In this document: in pieces, positions 1 through 9,854 of the stretch | Layout of the letters: every line of letters begins with the position of its first letter | Numbering within the stretch: position 1 is the stretch's first letter | Source of the DNA: Armatimonadota bacterium | Lineage (GTDB): Bacteria > Armatimonadota > UBA5829 > DSUL01 | Direction: 5' to 3' | DNA: 64,000 nucleotides | Assembly: GCA_039811685.1 (NCBI GenBank) | Contig: JBDHZC010000007.1 | Location: 64,001 to 128,000, forward strand | Notes under the pieces: model-generated | Databases searched by the model: none | What the model was told of the DNA's origin: nothing | Seen by the model: only the letters and a program-made list of their open reading frames with translations | Translations under genes and position numbers: made by a program

Positions 1-16
1 GAAGTTCGAATGCCAT
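1..16 (-). CDS. N-terminus of probable Fe/Mn superoxide dismutase (runs off window edge)
   Basis: Minus strand reads AGAGGA-caaaaacaa-ATG GCA TTC GAA CTT C = MAFEL(P), the typical SodA/SodB N-terminus. Only 5 codons are visible. Confidence 0.55.
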
Positions 17-215
17 TTGTTTTTGTCCTCTCTTCTCGGGAATCGTCTGAGGGAAGAAAGCCCAGGCCGGCAGTGACGCTAAGCGGCGGCTTCACTTAGC
101 GGCTTCTGCGGCCCCATCAGGGCTTGCCGCAAAACCAGAACCCCTCAGCGCTTTATTACCGCTAATAGCACAAACTCGCAACCTGGTGGCAGGAGGCCAC
201 ACAGAAGCGCGGCTG

Positions 216-1394
216 CTAACCCTTCAGCCCCGTGAGCGTAATGCCCTGAATGAAGTAGCGTTGAGTGAAGAAGAAGACTGTTAGCACTGGAAGCATGACA
301 AGCGTGGAGGCCGCCATCAGAAGTCCCTGCTCCCCACCGTGCGAGCCCTGGAACAGATAAAGCGCATAAGACAGAGGCATCTTCTCGGGAGAGTTGATGT
401 AGATGAGCGGGCCCATAAAGTTGTTCCAGCTTCCCATGAACGTCATGATCGTAACCGCGGCCAGAGCAGGTTTGATGAGGGGAAGCATGATACGCCAGTA
501 CGTGGTGAAAGGGGAGCAACCGTCAATCTTGGCCGCTTCTTCCAGCTCCATCGGGATAGTCATAAAAAACTGGCGCAGGAGAAAGATATAGAACGGGCTT
601 CCGAGAAACGCAGGCGCCCACAGGGGACGCAGTGTGTCAATCCACCCGAGGTAACGGAAGATCAGGAAGACCGGCAGCATCGTTACAGCGGCGGGAAGCA
701 TCATCGTCGCGAGCAGGATCATAAAGAAGATGTTCTGGCCAGGCCAGCGCAGGCGGGCAAAAGCGTAAGCCGTGAGGGAGCTTGACAGAAGCAGCCCAAG
801 AATGGAGAGAACCGTTATGTACACCGTATTCCAGAGTGGGAGGAGTCCGTGGTGGTATTCAGGTGGCAGGAAGTCCAGCGCTTCCGTGTAGTTCTCCCAG
901 CGGGGACGGAAGTAACGGACTTCGTGAAGCGCAGACTTTTTGACTGTCTGAGCCTGCGCCGGATCGCTGACACCGACTGGAAGAACGCGCACAAAGTCGG
1001 CCTCCAACCGCTGCACAACATACACTTTCCTGCTGATAGAGCCGCCTCTGAGTTCCCAGACCTTCTGGTCTGCCCCATCAACTCTAACGGTCTCAGCTTT
1101 TGAAGGAATGAACTGGGGAGGAAACCCCTTCATCTGGTCGTCATATTTGAGCGACGTCGAGAGCAGCCAGAGAAATGGAAGGATGAAGATCGCAGCGCCG
1201 ATCGTCAGGAGCACGTGCAGCCACGCGTGCCTGCGCGACTCCGCCCAGTGTTTGCGCTTGCGCCACTCCTCCCGCTGCGCCATCCTGCGCCAGCCCCATG
1301 CGTGGATGCCCAGAGCCAGTGCGCGCTGGACAATCACGGGACAAAGCGCGAAGATCGCCATCCACAGCAAGACCCTGTCGGGAGGTACGGTCAA
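216..1394 (-). CDS. Carbohydrate ABC transporter permease (MalG-like)
   Basis: EAA loop (IPMELEEAAKIDGCS), AYAFARLRWPG, and C-terminal FFTQRYFIQGI. Has a large extracytoplasmic insert. TTG start preceded by GGGAAGG. Confidence 0.92.
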   Translation of the reverse strand: MTVPPDRVLLWMAIFALCPVIVQRALALGIHAWGWRRMAQREEWRKRKHWAESRRHAWLHVLLTIGAAIFILPFLWLLSTSLKYDDQMKGFPPQFIPSKAETVRVDGADQKVWELRGGSISRKVYVVQRLEADFVRVLPVGVSDPAQAQTVKKSALHEVRYFRPRWENYTEALDFLPPEYHHGLLPLWNTVYITVLSILGLLLSSSLTAYAFARLRWPGQNIFFMILLATMMLPAAVTMLPVFLIFRYLGWIDTLRPLWAPAFLGSPFYIFLLRQFFMTIPMELEEAAKIDGCSPFTTYWRIMLPLIKPALAAVTIMTFMGSWNNFMGPLIYINSPEKMPLSYALYLFQGSHGGEQGLLMAASTLVMLPVLTVFFFTQRYFIQGITLTGLKG

Positions 1395-1513
1395 GGCCGG
1401 CCTTCCCGACCACGCCTTACGACAAGGCGGTATGCGCCCTGTTCAACCTCTGCGATGATGTGAGAAATGCGTCTTCGCGGCTCCATGGAATCGATTGTCC
1501 TTCTTACATTCAT
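1391..1513 (-). pseudogene. Truncated Phd/YefM-like antitoxin remnant (40 aa)
   Basis: Not in the ORF track. Reads MNVRRTIDSMEPRRRISHIIAEVEQGAYRLVVRRGREGRP*, resembling the N-terminal Phd/YefM DNA-binding pattern. Its stop overlaps the permease TTG start (TTGA). Confidence 0.45.
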
Positions 1514-1544
1514 CTCAGAAGCTTGCTACCCGCACTCACCCTGT

Positions 1545-1895
1545 TCAAAGTCCCAGAACTTTCCGAAGGGCCTGGTCAACTTGAAACAGAACCGCGTCTG
1601 AAACCCGGCCCATTCGCTCCACCAGCCGCTGGCGACTCACCGTCATGAGCTGCTCACACTTCACAAAGGAGGTGTCCCGGAGCCCGTTATCCTCGTCGGG
1701 CTGCACTTTCACGTGAAACGGCACGGGTTTTCCTGCGCGACTCACGGCTACCACGATCGTGTTAGGATACGCCTCGATGCGATTTGCCGCATCTGTCTGC
1801 ACGACGAGCGCCGGGCGCCGGCCGGACTGCTCTGAGCCTCGCGCAGGGGCCCAGTCAAGCCAGTACAGATCACCCCTGCGCACCTCACGGCTCAT
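1545..1895 (-). CDS. mazF: Type II TA toxin, MazF/PemK family endoribonuclease
   Basis: RRGDLYWLDW, GSEQSGRRPALVVQ and SFVKCEQLMTVS motifs. Likely start MSREV at 1895, overlapping the antitoxin stop. Confidence 0.93.
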   Translation of the reverse strand: MSREVRRGDLYWLDWAPARGSEQSGRRPALVVQTDAANRIEAYPNTIVVAVSRAGKPVPFHVKVQPDEDNGLRDTSFVKCEQLMTVSRQRLVERMGRVSDAVLFQVDQALRKVLGL

Positions 1896-2145
1896 CGCGG
1901 AAGATAGCCTCGCTCTGCGCCTCGAAGGCATATTCGACATCGCATTCATCCGGTGACCTGGCGAGCAACGCGAACGCCTTTTCCAGTTCGCGCTGTTCTT
2001 CTTGCTCGACTGACATTTGGAGCGCCTCCTGTACGAGGACGTTCATGCTCTGGCGCCGCCTGGCAGCGACGGCTTTCGCAGCGCGATGCAACTCGGCCGG
2101 GAGCCTCACAGTGAGGCTTCTATTGGCTTCAGTATGTGATTTCAT
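1885..2145 (-). CDS. Ribbon-helix-helix (Arc/CopG-like) antitoxin
   Basis: SLTVRLPAELHRAAKAVAARRRQSMNVLVQEAL RHH pattern and an acidic C-terminus. GAGGAG RBS; directly upstream of mazF. Confidence 0.85.
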   Translation of the reverse strand: MKSHTEANRSLTVRLPAELHRAAKAVAARRRQSMNVLVQEALQMSVEQEEQRELEKAFALLARSPDECDVEYAFEAQSEAIFRDEP

Positions 2146-2157
2146 AAAACGCTCCTC

Positions 2158-2210
2158 TGATACACCATAAAATGATACCACATCTACTCACCTGTGCGCA
2201 CAGGAGTCAA
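2158..2210 (-). promoter_or_regulatory. TA promoter/operator region
   Basis: TTGACT followed by a perfect 14-bp palindrome CCTGTGCGCACAGG (2191-2204). TGATAC direct repeats at 2158 and 2173 overlap a TGnTATCAT -10-like element. Confidence 0.5.
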
Positions 2211-2466
2211 CCGTCCAGTCGCACCCATCTGAGAGCCAGCCCAATTGGAGCCTTCGGCCCGAGAGCGGAAAGGGCAGCGAAAATCCAGCCAACGGGACAA
2301 CTGGTCACGTCCCGATTAAATGGGTCGCCTCGCGGCCGAGCGCCTTCTCGGTAGGTGACCGTGCTCCAGCCAGCGTGCGCCCGTGGCTGGTTTCGCCAGC
2401 AGTCGTAAATTTTCGTCTCCGTCTCGCCGGCGCTGTGATGGACGAACTCTGCCAGCCGTTGTCACC

Positions 2467-4941
2467 TCATCTCTTCTCCACCTCGTAGTGCACCCATTTT
2501 GGCGCGAGCTTGAGCTGCACAAGGGTTAGCACGAGCACAATCGCAAACAGTACCCAGGCGATAGCCGAGGCATAGCCCATATTAAAGTAGCGGAAAGCGT
2601 TGTCGAAGAGATACAACACCGGAACACGGGTGGCGTCCAGCGGGCCGCCGCCAGTCATGATGTAAACATTCTCGAAGGTCTGCAGAGCGCCAATTGTGCC
2701 CATAATCAGATTGAAGAAGATGTAGGGGGACAGCATGGGAAGCGTCACATTGCGAAACTGCTGCAAAGCAGAGGCGCCGTCCAGAATGGCCGCTTCGTAA
2801 AGATGCTGAGGAACACCCTGCAGCCCGGCCAGCCAGAGAATCATGCCGCTTCCCGCTCCCCAGAGCCCCATCAAAATCAGTGCTGGTTTCGCCCACTGCT
2901 CACTGGCCAGCCAGTTCGGCGGCTGGACACCGCTCCAACTTGTCAGAAGAGAGCGCCAGCCGGCGTTCAGCAGTCCCGCGTCCGGGTTCAATATCCAGAT
3001 CCAGAGAATAGAGCTGGCGACGATGGGAACGATGGAAGGCAGGTAGTAAATGGTACGGTAGAAGTGCATCCCTCGCACGCTTGCGTTCAGTAGCATGGCA
3101 ATCGCCAGTCCCGTCACAATCCCGAGCGGAATACCGACTACCGCCAGATAGCCCGCGTTATAAAGAGTCGTTGACAGGATCGGCCAGTCAATGGTGAAGA
3201 GCTGCTGGAAGTTCAGCAGACCAACCCACCTCGGCTCATGCAGGACGTCGTAGCTGCAGAAGCTGAAAATGATTGAGGCCAGAAACGGCCCCGCAGTGAG
3301 GACTATGAAGCCAAGCAGCCACGGCAGCGCAAAGGTATAGCCAGCGGCGGCCTCTCCGCGCGCGAGCCTCCCGACAGGCCCAGAGCGGCGCGCAAGGACG
3401 AGCACAACGGCGGCAAACACAACGATACCTGCCACCAGCGCCAACATTGGAACAATCAGAGGAATGACTGGATACTTCTGAATTGTCGCCGCTCGATCCA
3501 GCTCCAACTGCACACGGCGCGTCCCTTCGTCCAGCGCCCGCTGCGCCGACATTTTGTGGCGCGTGGCATTCTCAAAGGCTTTGACGTGCTCGTCCCACAG
3601 CAACTGCCCAACGAAAGTCACAGGGCGGTACTTTGCCGATTTCATCATTTCGCGGCAGATCCGCAGAGGCTCGGTGAAGCGAGGATAGCGAGCGCCGTAG
3701 ACCTTCGCAATCTCCTCATTCACGCGCTGGCTGGCGCTGAGACGGGGGACAAACAGGCGGCCTTTGCTTCTGTTGTACTCATCCTGCGCTTTTGATCCGA
3801 GCAGCATGGACTCCGGGGAGTTCATCCACTTGATGAAACGCCACGCGGGCTCGACGTTTTTCGCCCCGCGCGGAATGGCCCAGGAGAATCCACCCGCCCA
3901 CGTGATGAAGGGTGGCTGACCCTTGAACCGCCCCTCCTGGCGCAAACGCGCTGCAGGCACCGGGGCCGGAGCCACGCCGAAATCCATGTCCGGCTGATAG
4001 CGGGCAATCGTCTGCAACACCCAGTCCCCGTCTATTTTCATCGCGACGCGCCCGGAGAGAAACGGCCCCATCTCAGGCGGCAGCGCAGCAAACCCGCTCT
4101 GGTAGGCGTCCAGCTTCTCTGCCCCATGAAGCGCATCGTAAATGCTGGTCATGTAGTTGAGGGCTTCGACAGTGTACGGGTTGTTCATCGTGCACTTTCT
4201 GCCGTCCGGGCTCATGAACTCTCCGCCATTTTGCCACGAGTACAGATAGAGCCAGGAGTTGCCGTAGTTCGGAATGAACCCGGCCTGCTTGAAAGTGCCG
4301 TCCTTGTTGTATTTGGTCAGCTTGATGGCATAGTCGCGCAGCTCTTCCCATGTCCTGGGCGGCTTGTCGGGGTCCAGTCCCGCATCGCGAAAAGCGGACT
4401 TGCTGTAGTAGAGCACACGGTCGTCAGCGCTTGCCGGAATCGCGAACACCCTGCCTTTGTAGGTGGCCTCAGCCCAACACGCGGGATAGTAGTCTTCCTC
4501 GCGCACGCCATACTTCTCTTTTCGGTCCCGTTGGATGAGGTCGTTCAGCGGCCGGAAGGTGTCCCGGCTGGCCCAGTCGCCAATGGTGAAGCGATCCTGA
4601 AAGACCAGATCAGGCGGAGTTTTGCCGACTATGGCGGTCATCAGCTTCTGAGGATTCATAGCGCCTGCGCCCATAGACAGCATGCTGACTTTGATGTCGG
4701 GATTACGGCGTTCGAACTCGCGCACGCGCGCTGTGTCGATACTGGTCTCTTCGGAAAGCTGGACGCCCCAGACAACCAGCTTTGTGCGGGTGTCCGGATT
4801 GTTCGCGCACCCGGACAAAAACAGTGCCGCAGACAAGAGCAGCACTGAGACACATAACGCGCGAGTGACGCATGCGCGAGTGCTGAGATCACTCTTCAAT
4901 CGGCATACCGCCCGGCAAACAGATTGGAGCGTCTCCAGCAA
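2467..4941 (-). CDS. Fused sugar-binding lipoprotein + ABC permease (MalF-like)
   Basis: Lipobox LSGC and a family-1 solute-binding domain (PPRTWEEL, GGFSWAIP), then TM helices with an EAA loop (LYEAAILDGAS). Exact start uncertain. Confidence 0.9.
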   Translation of the reverse strand: MLETLQSVCRAVCRLKSDLSTRACVTRALCVSVLLLSAALFLSGCANNPDTRTKLVVWGVQLSEETSIDTARVREFERRNPDIKVSMLSMGAGAMNPQKLMTAIVGKTPPDLVFQDRFTIGDWASRDTFRPLNDLIQRDRKEKYGVREEDYYPACWAEATYKGRVFAIPASADDRVLYYSKSAFRDAGLDPDKPPRTWEELRDYAIKLTKYNKDGTFKQAGFIPNYGNSWLYLYSWQNGGEFMSPDGRKCTMNNPYTVEALNYMTSIYDALHGAEKLDAYQSGFAALPPEMGPFLSGRVAMKIDGDWVLQTIARYQPDMDFGVAPAPVPAARLRQEGRFKGQPPFITWAGGFSWAIPRGAKNVEPAWRFIKWMNSPESMLLGSKAQDEYNRSKGRLFVPRLSASQRVNEEIAKVYGARYPRFTEPLRICREMMKSAKYRPVTFVGQLLWDEHVKAFENATRHKMSAQRALDEGTRRVQLELDRAATIQKYPVIPLIVPMLALVAGIVVFAAVVLVLARRSGPVGRLARGEAAAGYTFALPWLLGFIVLTAGPFLASIIFSFCSYDVLHEPRWVGLLNFQQLFTIDWPILSTTLYNAGYLAVVGIPLGIVTGLAIAMLLNASVRGMHFYRTIYYLPSIVPIVASSILWIWILNPDAGLLNAGWRSLLTSWSGVQPPNWLASEQWAKPALILMGLWGAGSGMILWLAGLQGVPQHLYEAAILDGASALQQFRNVTLPMLSPYIFFNLIMGTIGALQTFENVYIMTGGGPLDATRVPVLYLFDNAFRYFNMGYASAIAWVLFAIVLVLTLVQLKLAPKWVHYEVEKR

Positions 4942-4949
4942 GCTGAGCC

Positions 4950-5933
4950 CTAGCGGCCACCGAGTGACACAGGCTGACCGGTCAGCGCGGACTCATTGGC
5001 CGCTAGGGTCACTTCCAGCGTCTTTACCGCATCATCGTAGCTGCTTCTGATAGCGCCTGTATCCTTTGTCCTTACAGCGTGGATGAAAGCCCGGTCTTCT
5101 TCAAGATACGGGTTAACATCGCCTGTTATCTGCTCCCTGCCACCAGAAGTCACAATGTTCAGATCGCCCGGACCAATCTCAAAAATACGCTCCGGCGTCA
5201 CGACAGTCAGACCTACTGTGTAGCCGAGGTTCAGCAGGCAGGTATTGGATATCTGGCCAACAACTCCGTTTTCAAAGCGCAGCGTCACTGTTCCAACGTC
5301 CGGAACTGTGCTGTTTTCGGGGATGTTTTGGGAGCGTGTGGCATAGGCGGCATAGACTTCCGAGACCTCTCCAACCAGATATCGCGCCAGATCGACGATG
5401 TGCGTTGTCTGTTCGTTGATCTGTCCGCCGCTCTGGTCCATGCGACGCCACCATGCTACCCCAGGGAACCCGCCCATCCAATAGCCCATCACCATCCCTA
5501 TCTGTGAGGGATCCAGCGCTTCCTTTGTACGCTGCGTCCCGCTCATGTAGCGGAAATGATAGCCGACGGAGCTCACAATTCCACTGCGTTTGATAGCATC
5601 GGCAATCTCTTTCGCCTGAGAGAGGCTGTTGGAGATAGGCTTTTCCACAAAGACAGGGATGCGGCGCTCCGCGCACAGCATCTCCGGTTCACCATGGACG
5701 TGCGGTGGGAGACAAATGTAGCAGGCGTCAAGCTCCTGCGCCCCCAGCATCTCACGCGCGCTTGAGTAAGCCTTACCGCCGTACTTTTCCACTGCGGCCT
5801 GAGCGCGCGAGATGTCGACATCGCAGAACGCCACCATGTCTGCGGTCTCGATCTGCTCAAGCTGAGCAAAGTGGTTGCCGGCGATTCCACCTGCGCCGAT
5901 GAATCCGACTCTTATATTTCGATCTGCGTTCAT
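4950..5933 (-). CDS. Gfo/Idh/MocA family oxidoreductase
   Basis: GFIGAGGIA Rossmann motif, VEKP, and GGQINEQTTH. Confidence 0.92.
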   Translation of the reverse strand: MNADRNIRVGFIGAGGIAGNHFAQLEQIETADMVAFCDVDISRAQAAVEKYGGKAYSSAREMLGAQELDACYICLPPHVHGEPEMLCAERRIPVFVEKPISNSLSQAKEIADAIKRSGIVSSVGYHFRYMSGTQRTKEALDPSQIGMVMGYWMGGFPGVAWWRRMDQSGGQINEQTTHIVDLARYLVGEVSEVYAAYATRSQNIPENSTVPDVGTVTLRFENGVVGQISNTCLLNLGYTVGLTVVTPERIFEIGPGDLNIVTSGGREQITGDVNPYLEEDRAFIHAVRTKDTGAIRSSYDDAVKTLEVTLAANESALTGQPVSLGGR

Positions 5934-6034
5934 AACAGGCTACAACCTCAACCAGGAGATGAGAGCATGAGCTCCGGGAGACAGCGCGGCCAGAAAACTA
6001 TCCTTTCAGACCGCGCTCTACACAGACGGTGGGG

Positions 6035-7021
6035 TTAGGCCAGTTCGGAAGCTTTCACCGGTCGCCCCAGCTCATCGGACTTCCATGCGGCTTCGCACAG
6101 CTCAATCCCTCGCAGTCCACACACCGCCGGGACTTTGTTTTCATCCCGTCCCAGAATCACATCCACAAAGTTCTGGTCAGGATTCGACCCTTCCGGAAGG
6201 TCCTTTGGCTCGTAAGGCTCCTGCCCACGAATCCAGAAAGTCAGCTTGCCGTTGCGTCCAAAGATGGCGCCCTCTGTGCCCCAGACAGTGAAATCTTCCC
6301 ACCAGCCCGGCTGATCACCAATGACCGTGATGGTGCCTACAGCGCCACTGGTGAACTTCATACTGGTTGCCGAGTTGATATCCACCTGCGCGCCCCGGTA
6401 GTCAATGTAGGAGTTCACCTCTTCAACGCTGAGCCCAGTTGTCCAGAGAATGATGTCCAACAAATGGCTGCCAGAATCGTTCAACTGCCCGCCACCGCTC
6501 AGCGCCGGGTCCTGGCGCCACTGCCCGCGCACGCTGCGAAGCCAGTCCTGCCCCTGCAACGCCGCAACCGCTGTGACAGTCCCGATCGTCCCCTTTTCAA
6601 TCTGGTCCTTGATGTAGACGTAGTTGGGATCGTAGTGTCTCTGATAACTTATGAGGACGACCTTACCAGTCTCCTCAGCCTTCTGGATAACCTCTTTGGC
6701 GTGCTTCACATTGCAGACCATTGGTTTTTCGGTCAGGACATGCAGACCATTCTCCAGGGAGTCCATGATCTGGTCATAGTGCAGGGTGTGCGGTGTGTTG
6801 ATCTGAACAGCGTCCAGCCCGCCGTCCTTGATCAGGTCGCGATAGTCGCTGTACGTCCTGATACCGTTGAGGTTGTATCTTTCCTTGTAGGTCTCGAGGT
6901 TTTCGGCGTTCGTGTCCACCAGAGCGACCAGTTCAACCTCAGGAATCTGCGACAGACGCTGGACGTGCCCGTTTGCTATCCCGCCGCAACCAATGATACC
7001 AATGCGAATTTTGTCAGACAT
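6035..7021 (-). CDS. Gfo/Idh/MocA family oxidoreductase
   Basis: GIIGCGGIA, TEKP and GGQLNDSGSH. Start MSDKIR follows GGAGAG. Confidence 0.92.
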   Translation of the reverse strand: MSDKIRIGIIGCGGIANGHVQRLSQIPEVELVALVDTNAENLETYKERYNLNGIRTYSDYRDLIKDGGLDAVQINTPHTLHYDQIMDSLENGLHVLTEKPMVCNVKHAKEVIQKAEETGKVVLISYQRHYDPNYVYIKDQIEKGTIGTVTAVAALQGQDWLRSVRGQWRQDPALSGGGQLNDSGSHLLDIILWTTGLSVEEVNSYIDYRGAQVDINSATSMKFTSGAVGTITVIGDQPGWWEDFTVWGTEGAIFGRNGKLTFWIRGQEPYEPKDLPEGSNPDQNFVDVILGRDENKVPAVCGLRGIELCEAAWKSDELGRPVKASELA

Positions 7022-7261
7022 AATCTCTCCAAGCAGCCCCTGCATTTCCGAGGGGCGCCTTCTGTTTTGGACGTTCTACCGAGCCTTTGAAACGACCTAC
7101 CTATATTACACGCGTGGCACAGCGAACGCCTGCGTAAAATCATAGCGTTTGAGGGACAGGGCGACGGATTGAATTGTGCAGGAGCAGGCAGTGCCCTGTA
7201 GAGAACATTACAGCGTTGTACAGCGCTGAGATCGCAGCTTTTTTCCGAGGGGGAGCCGCCA

Positions 7262-8434
7262 TTGCAGGAAGAACACAACAGAGTAGCCGCCATCGCAACT
7301 GTCTTTCGTGAACGGTTCGGGTCAGAAGCGGACGCCATCGTCCGGGCGCCCGGGCGTGTAGAAGTTCTCGGAGGGCACACGGACTACAACGACGGCTTCG
7401 TGATGCCAGCGGCGATCGACCGTGATGTGCTGATAGCCGTAAAACCGGTTCCGGGTGACAGCGTCACAATGTGGAGTTGCAACTTCGAGCAGGAGTCCAG
7501 GCTTACACTGAGTCCGGACATCGCCCGTGATGACGCAGCGCCATGGTCCAATTATGTTCGCGGGGTTATAGACCAACTTCGCAAGAGCGGTGTGCTGGTG
7601 CCGGGGATGGAGATGGCTATCGAAGGCAATATCCCACTCGGCAGCGGGTTGTCCAGTTCGGCGGCTATCGAAGTCGCGACGGCTTTTGCGGTAATGGCCT
7701 GTACGGGTGGCTGTATGCCAGGTCCAGATATCGCGCTGTTGTGCCAGAGAGCGGAGAATCAGTTTGTTGGGGTCAACTCTGGAATTATGGATCAGTTCAT
7801 CTCAGTGCTGGCCCAGCAGGGAAACGCAATGTTCCTGGACTGCCGGAGTCTGGACTACAGCTTCGTCAAATTTCCTGAGAATACCAGTATCATCGTTTCA
7901 GACACCCGAAAGCCAAGAACTCTCGCAGCTTCCGAGTACAACGTGCGTCGCGCAGAATGCGAAGAAGCGGTGGAGCTGCTCAGAGCGCATCTGCCCGGCA
8001 TCAAAGCCCTGCGCGATGTGTCGTCTGACGAGCTGGAGCGCTACGCAGCGAGCCTGCCAGAGGTAGTCCGCAAACGCGCGCGGCACATTGTGAACGAAAA
8101 CGAACGGGTGCTGGAGGCGGTTGAGGCTCTGAAGAGAGGGGATGGTGAGGAGTTTGGGCGCATTGTCAACCGTTCTCACGAATCTTCGCGCGATCTGTAC
8201 GAGATCACAATTCCCGAGTTGAACTGGCTTCAGAAAGCGGCAGTAAGTGTGGAAGGCTGCCTGGGAAGCCGTCTGTCCGGCGCGGGCTTCGGTGGATGCA
8301 CAGTCAGCATTGTCCAGGACGACGCCATTGAACAGTTTATTGAAACCGTAAAGCGAGAATACGAGAAAAAAGCAGGCATTGAGCCGATAGTGGATGTCTT
8401 GACGGCTTCGGCCGGAGCATCCCGCCTGCGGTAG
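7262..8434 (+). CDS. galK: Galactokinase
   Basis: APGRVEVLGGHTDYNDG signature, PLGSGLSSSAA, GIMDQF and GAGFGGC. Confidence 0.93.
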   Translation: MQEEHNRVAAIATVFRERFGSEADAIVRAPGRVEVLGGHTDYNDGFVMPAAIDRDVLIAVKPVPGDSVTMWSCNFEQESRLTLSPDIARDDAAPWSNYVRGVIDQLRKSGVLVPGMEMAIEGNIPLGSGLSSSAAIEVATAFAVMACTGGCMPGPDIALLCQRAENQFVGVNSGIMDQFISVLAQQGNAMFLDCRSLDYSFVKFPENTSIIVSDTRKPRTLAASEYNVRRAECEEAVELLRAHLPGIKALRDVSSDELERYAASLPEVVRKRARHIVNENERVLEAVEALKRGDGEEFGRIVNRSHESSRDLYEITIPELNWLQKAAVSVEGCLGSRLSGAGFGGCTVSIVQDDAIEQFIETVKREYEKKAGIEPIVDVLTASAGASRLR

Positions 8435-8449
8435 AGGAAGGACGCCAGA

Positions 8450-9709
8450 GTGATTTCAGACATCGACAAGACCGCATCCCGACAGATTGAAGAGTGGGTG
8501 AACCGCGCAGTCAACCAGACCAGGATCACGGACATTCACACTCATCTGTTTTCACCGAACTTCGGGGCGAACCTGCTTTGGGGAATTGACGAGCTCATCA
8601 CCTACCACTATCTCATCTCCGAGACCTTCCGCTGGATCGACCTACCCTATGCTGACTACTGGAAAATGAGCAAATCCGAGCAGGCGGACTTGATCTGGAA
8701 GACGCTGTTTCTGGAACACTCCCCTGTCAGTGAAGCGTGCCGCGGCATTTTGACGACGCTTGAGCGCCTGGGACTGGACACAGACGCCCGCACGCTGGAG
8801 CCGTACCGCCGCTACTTCCGCGAGCGAAGCGTCGAAGAGTACGTGGACCAGGTCTTTGAGCTTGCCAATCTGGACAGTGTCGTGATGACCAACGATCCCT
8901 TTGACGACAGCGAGCGCCCGGTCTGGGAAAATGACCGCTCCAACGTGGACCCGCGCTTTCACGCGGTGCTGCGGCTGGATGCGATGCTGAACTTCTGGGA
9001 AACGGGGATGCAAAAGCTGCGGCAATGGGGCTACCGTGTGGAAAAAGACTTCAGCGGAGAAACGGAAGCAGAGGTACGCCGTTTTCTCAAGGACTGGATT
9101 CAGCGGATGGATGCGAAGTACATGGCCGTGTCGCTGCCGCCGGACTTCGCTTTCCCGCAGGATTCTGCCAGAGGCCGTCTGATTGCCGAGTGCATTCTGC
9201 CGGTGGCGGCACAGACAAAGCGCCCGTTTGCAATGATGATCGGCGTGAAGAAGCTGACCAATCCAGATCTCCAGCTGGCGGGAGATTCTGTTGGTAAGGC
9301 TAACATTGACGTTGTAGAGCATTTGTGCCGCAGCTATCCGGACGTCAAGTTTCTGGTGACAATGCTGTCCCGCGAAAATCAGCATGAACTGTGCGTAGCT
9401 GCACGCAAGTTCCGGAATCTGATGATCTTTGGATGCTGGTGGTTCCTGAACAACCCGAGTCTCATTGATGAGATGGAGAGGATGCGGCTGGAGCTTCTCG
9501 GACTGAGCATGATCCCGCAGCACTCGGACGCCCGGGTGCTGGATCAGGTGGTCTACAAATGGGACCATTCGCGCAAAATCATTGCGCGCGTGCTGACAGA
9601 GAAATACACCGATCTGGCCGCGACCGGCTGGAAGGTGCGGGAAGAAGAGGTCAAGCGAGACGTGCAGGATCTCTTCAGTGACAACTTCTGGAGCTTCGTC
9701 AACCGCTGA
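8450..9709 (+). CDS. uxaC: Uronate (glucuronate) isomerase, amidohydrolase superfamily
   Basis: DIHTH metal motif, GCWWF and PQHSDAR motifs of the Bacillus halodurans-type uronate isomerase. Confidence 0.8.
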   Translation: MISDIDKTASRQIEEWVNRAVNQTRITDIHTHLFSPNFGANLLWGIDELITYHYLISETFRWIDLPYADYWKMSKSEQADLIWKTLFLEHSPVSEACRGILTTLERLGLDTDARTLEPYRRYFRERSVEEYVDQVFELANLDSVVMTNDPFDDSERPVWENDRSNVDPRFHAVLRLDAMLNFWETGMQKLRQWGYRVEKDFSGETEAEVRRFLKDWIQRMDAKYMAVSLPPDFAFPQDSARGRLIAECILPVAAQTKRPFAMMIGVKKLTNPDLQLAGDSVGKANIDVVEHLCRSYPDVKFLVTMLSRENQHELCVAARKFRNLMIFGCWWFLNNPSLIDEMERMRLELLGLSMIPQHSDARVLDQVVYKWDHSRKIIARVLTEKYTDLAATGWKVREEEVKRDVQDLFSDNFWSFVNR

Positions 9710-9854
9710 ATTAAAAATAGCAGTGTGTTCCACGTCCGAACGATGTGTGTTACACTGAGAAATACTGGCAGAGTTTGCAGGTTCTCCGGGGAGCTGGGAC
9801 AGCCCCTGAGTTAGACTGCAAGCTTCCCTCGACTGGTGTCCCCAAAAGAGAGGA

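Noticed and set aside
2211..2466. Small ORFs between the ABC fusion and the TA module
   Set aside because: No RBS or family motif; probably spacer or decayed sequence.
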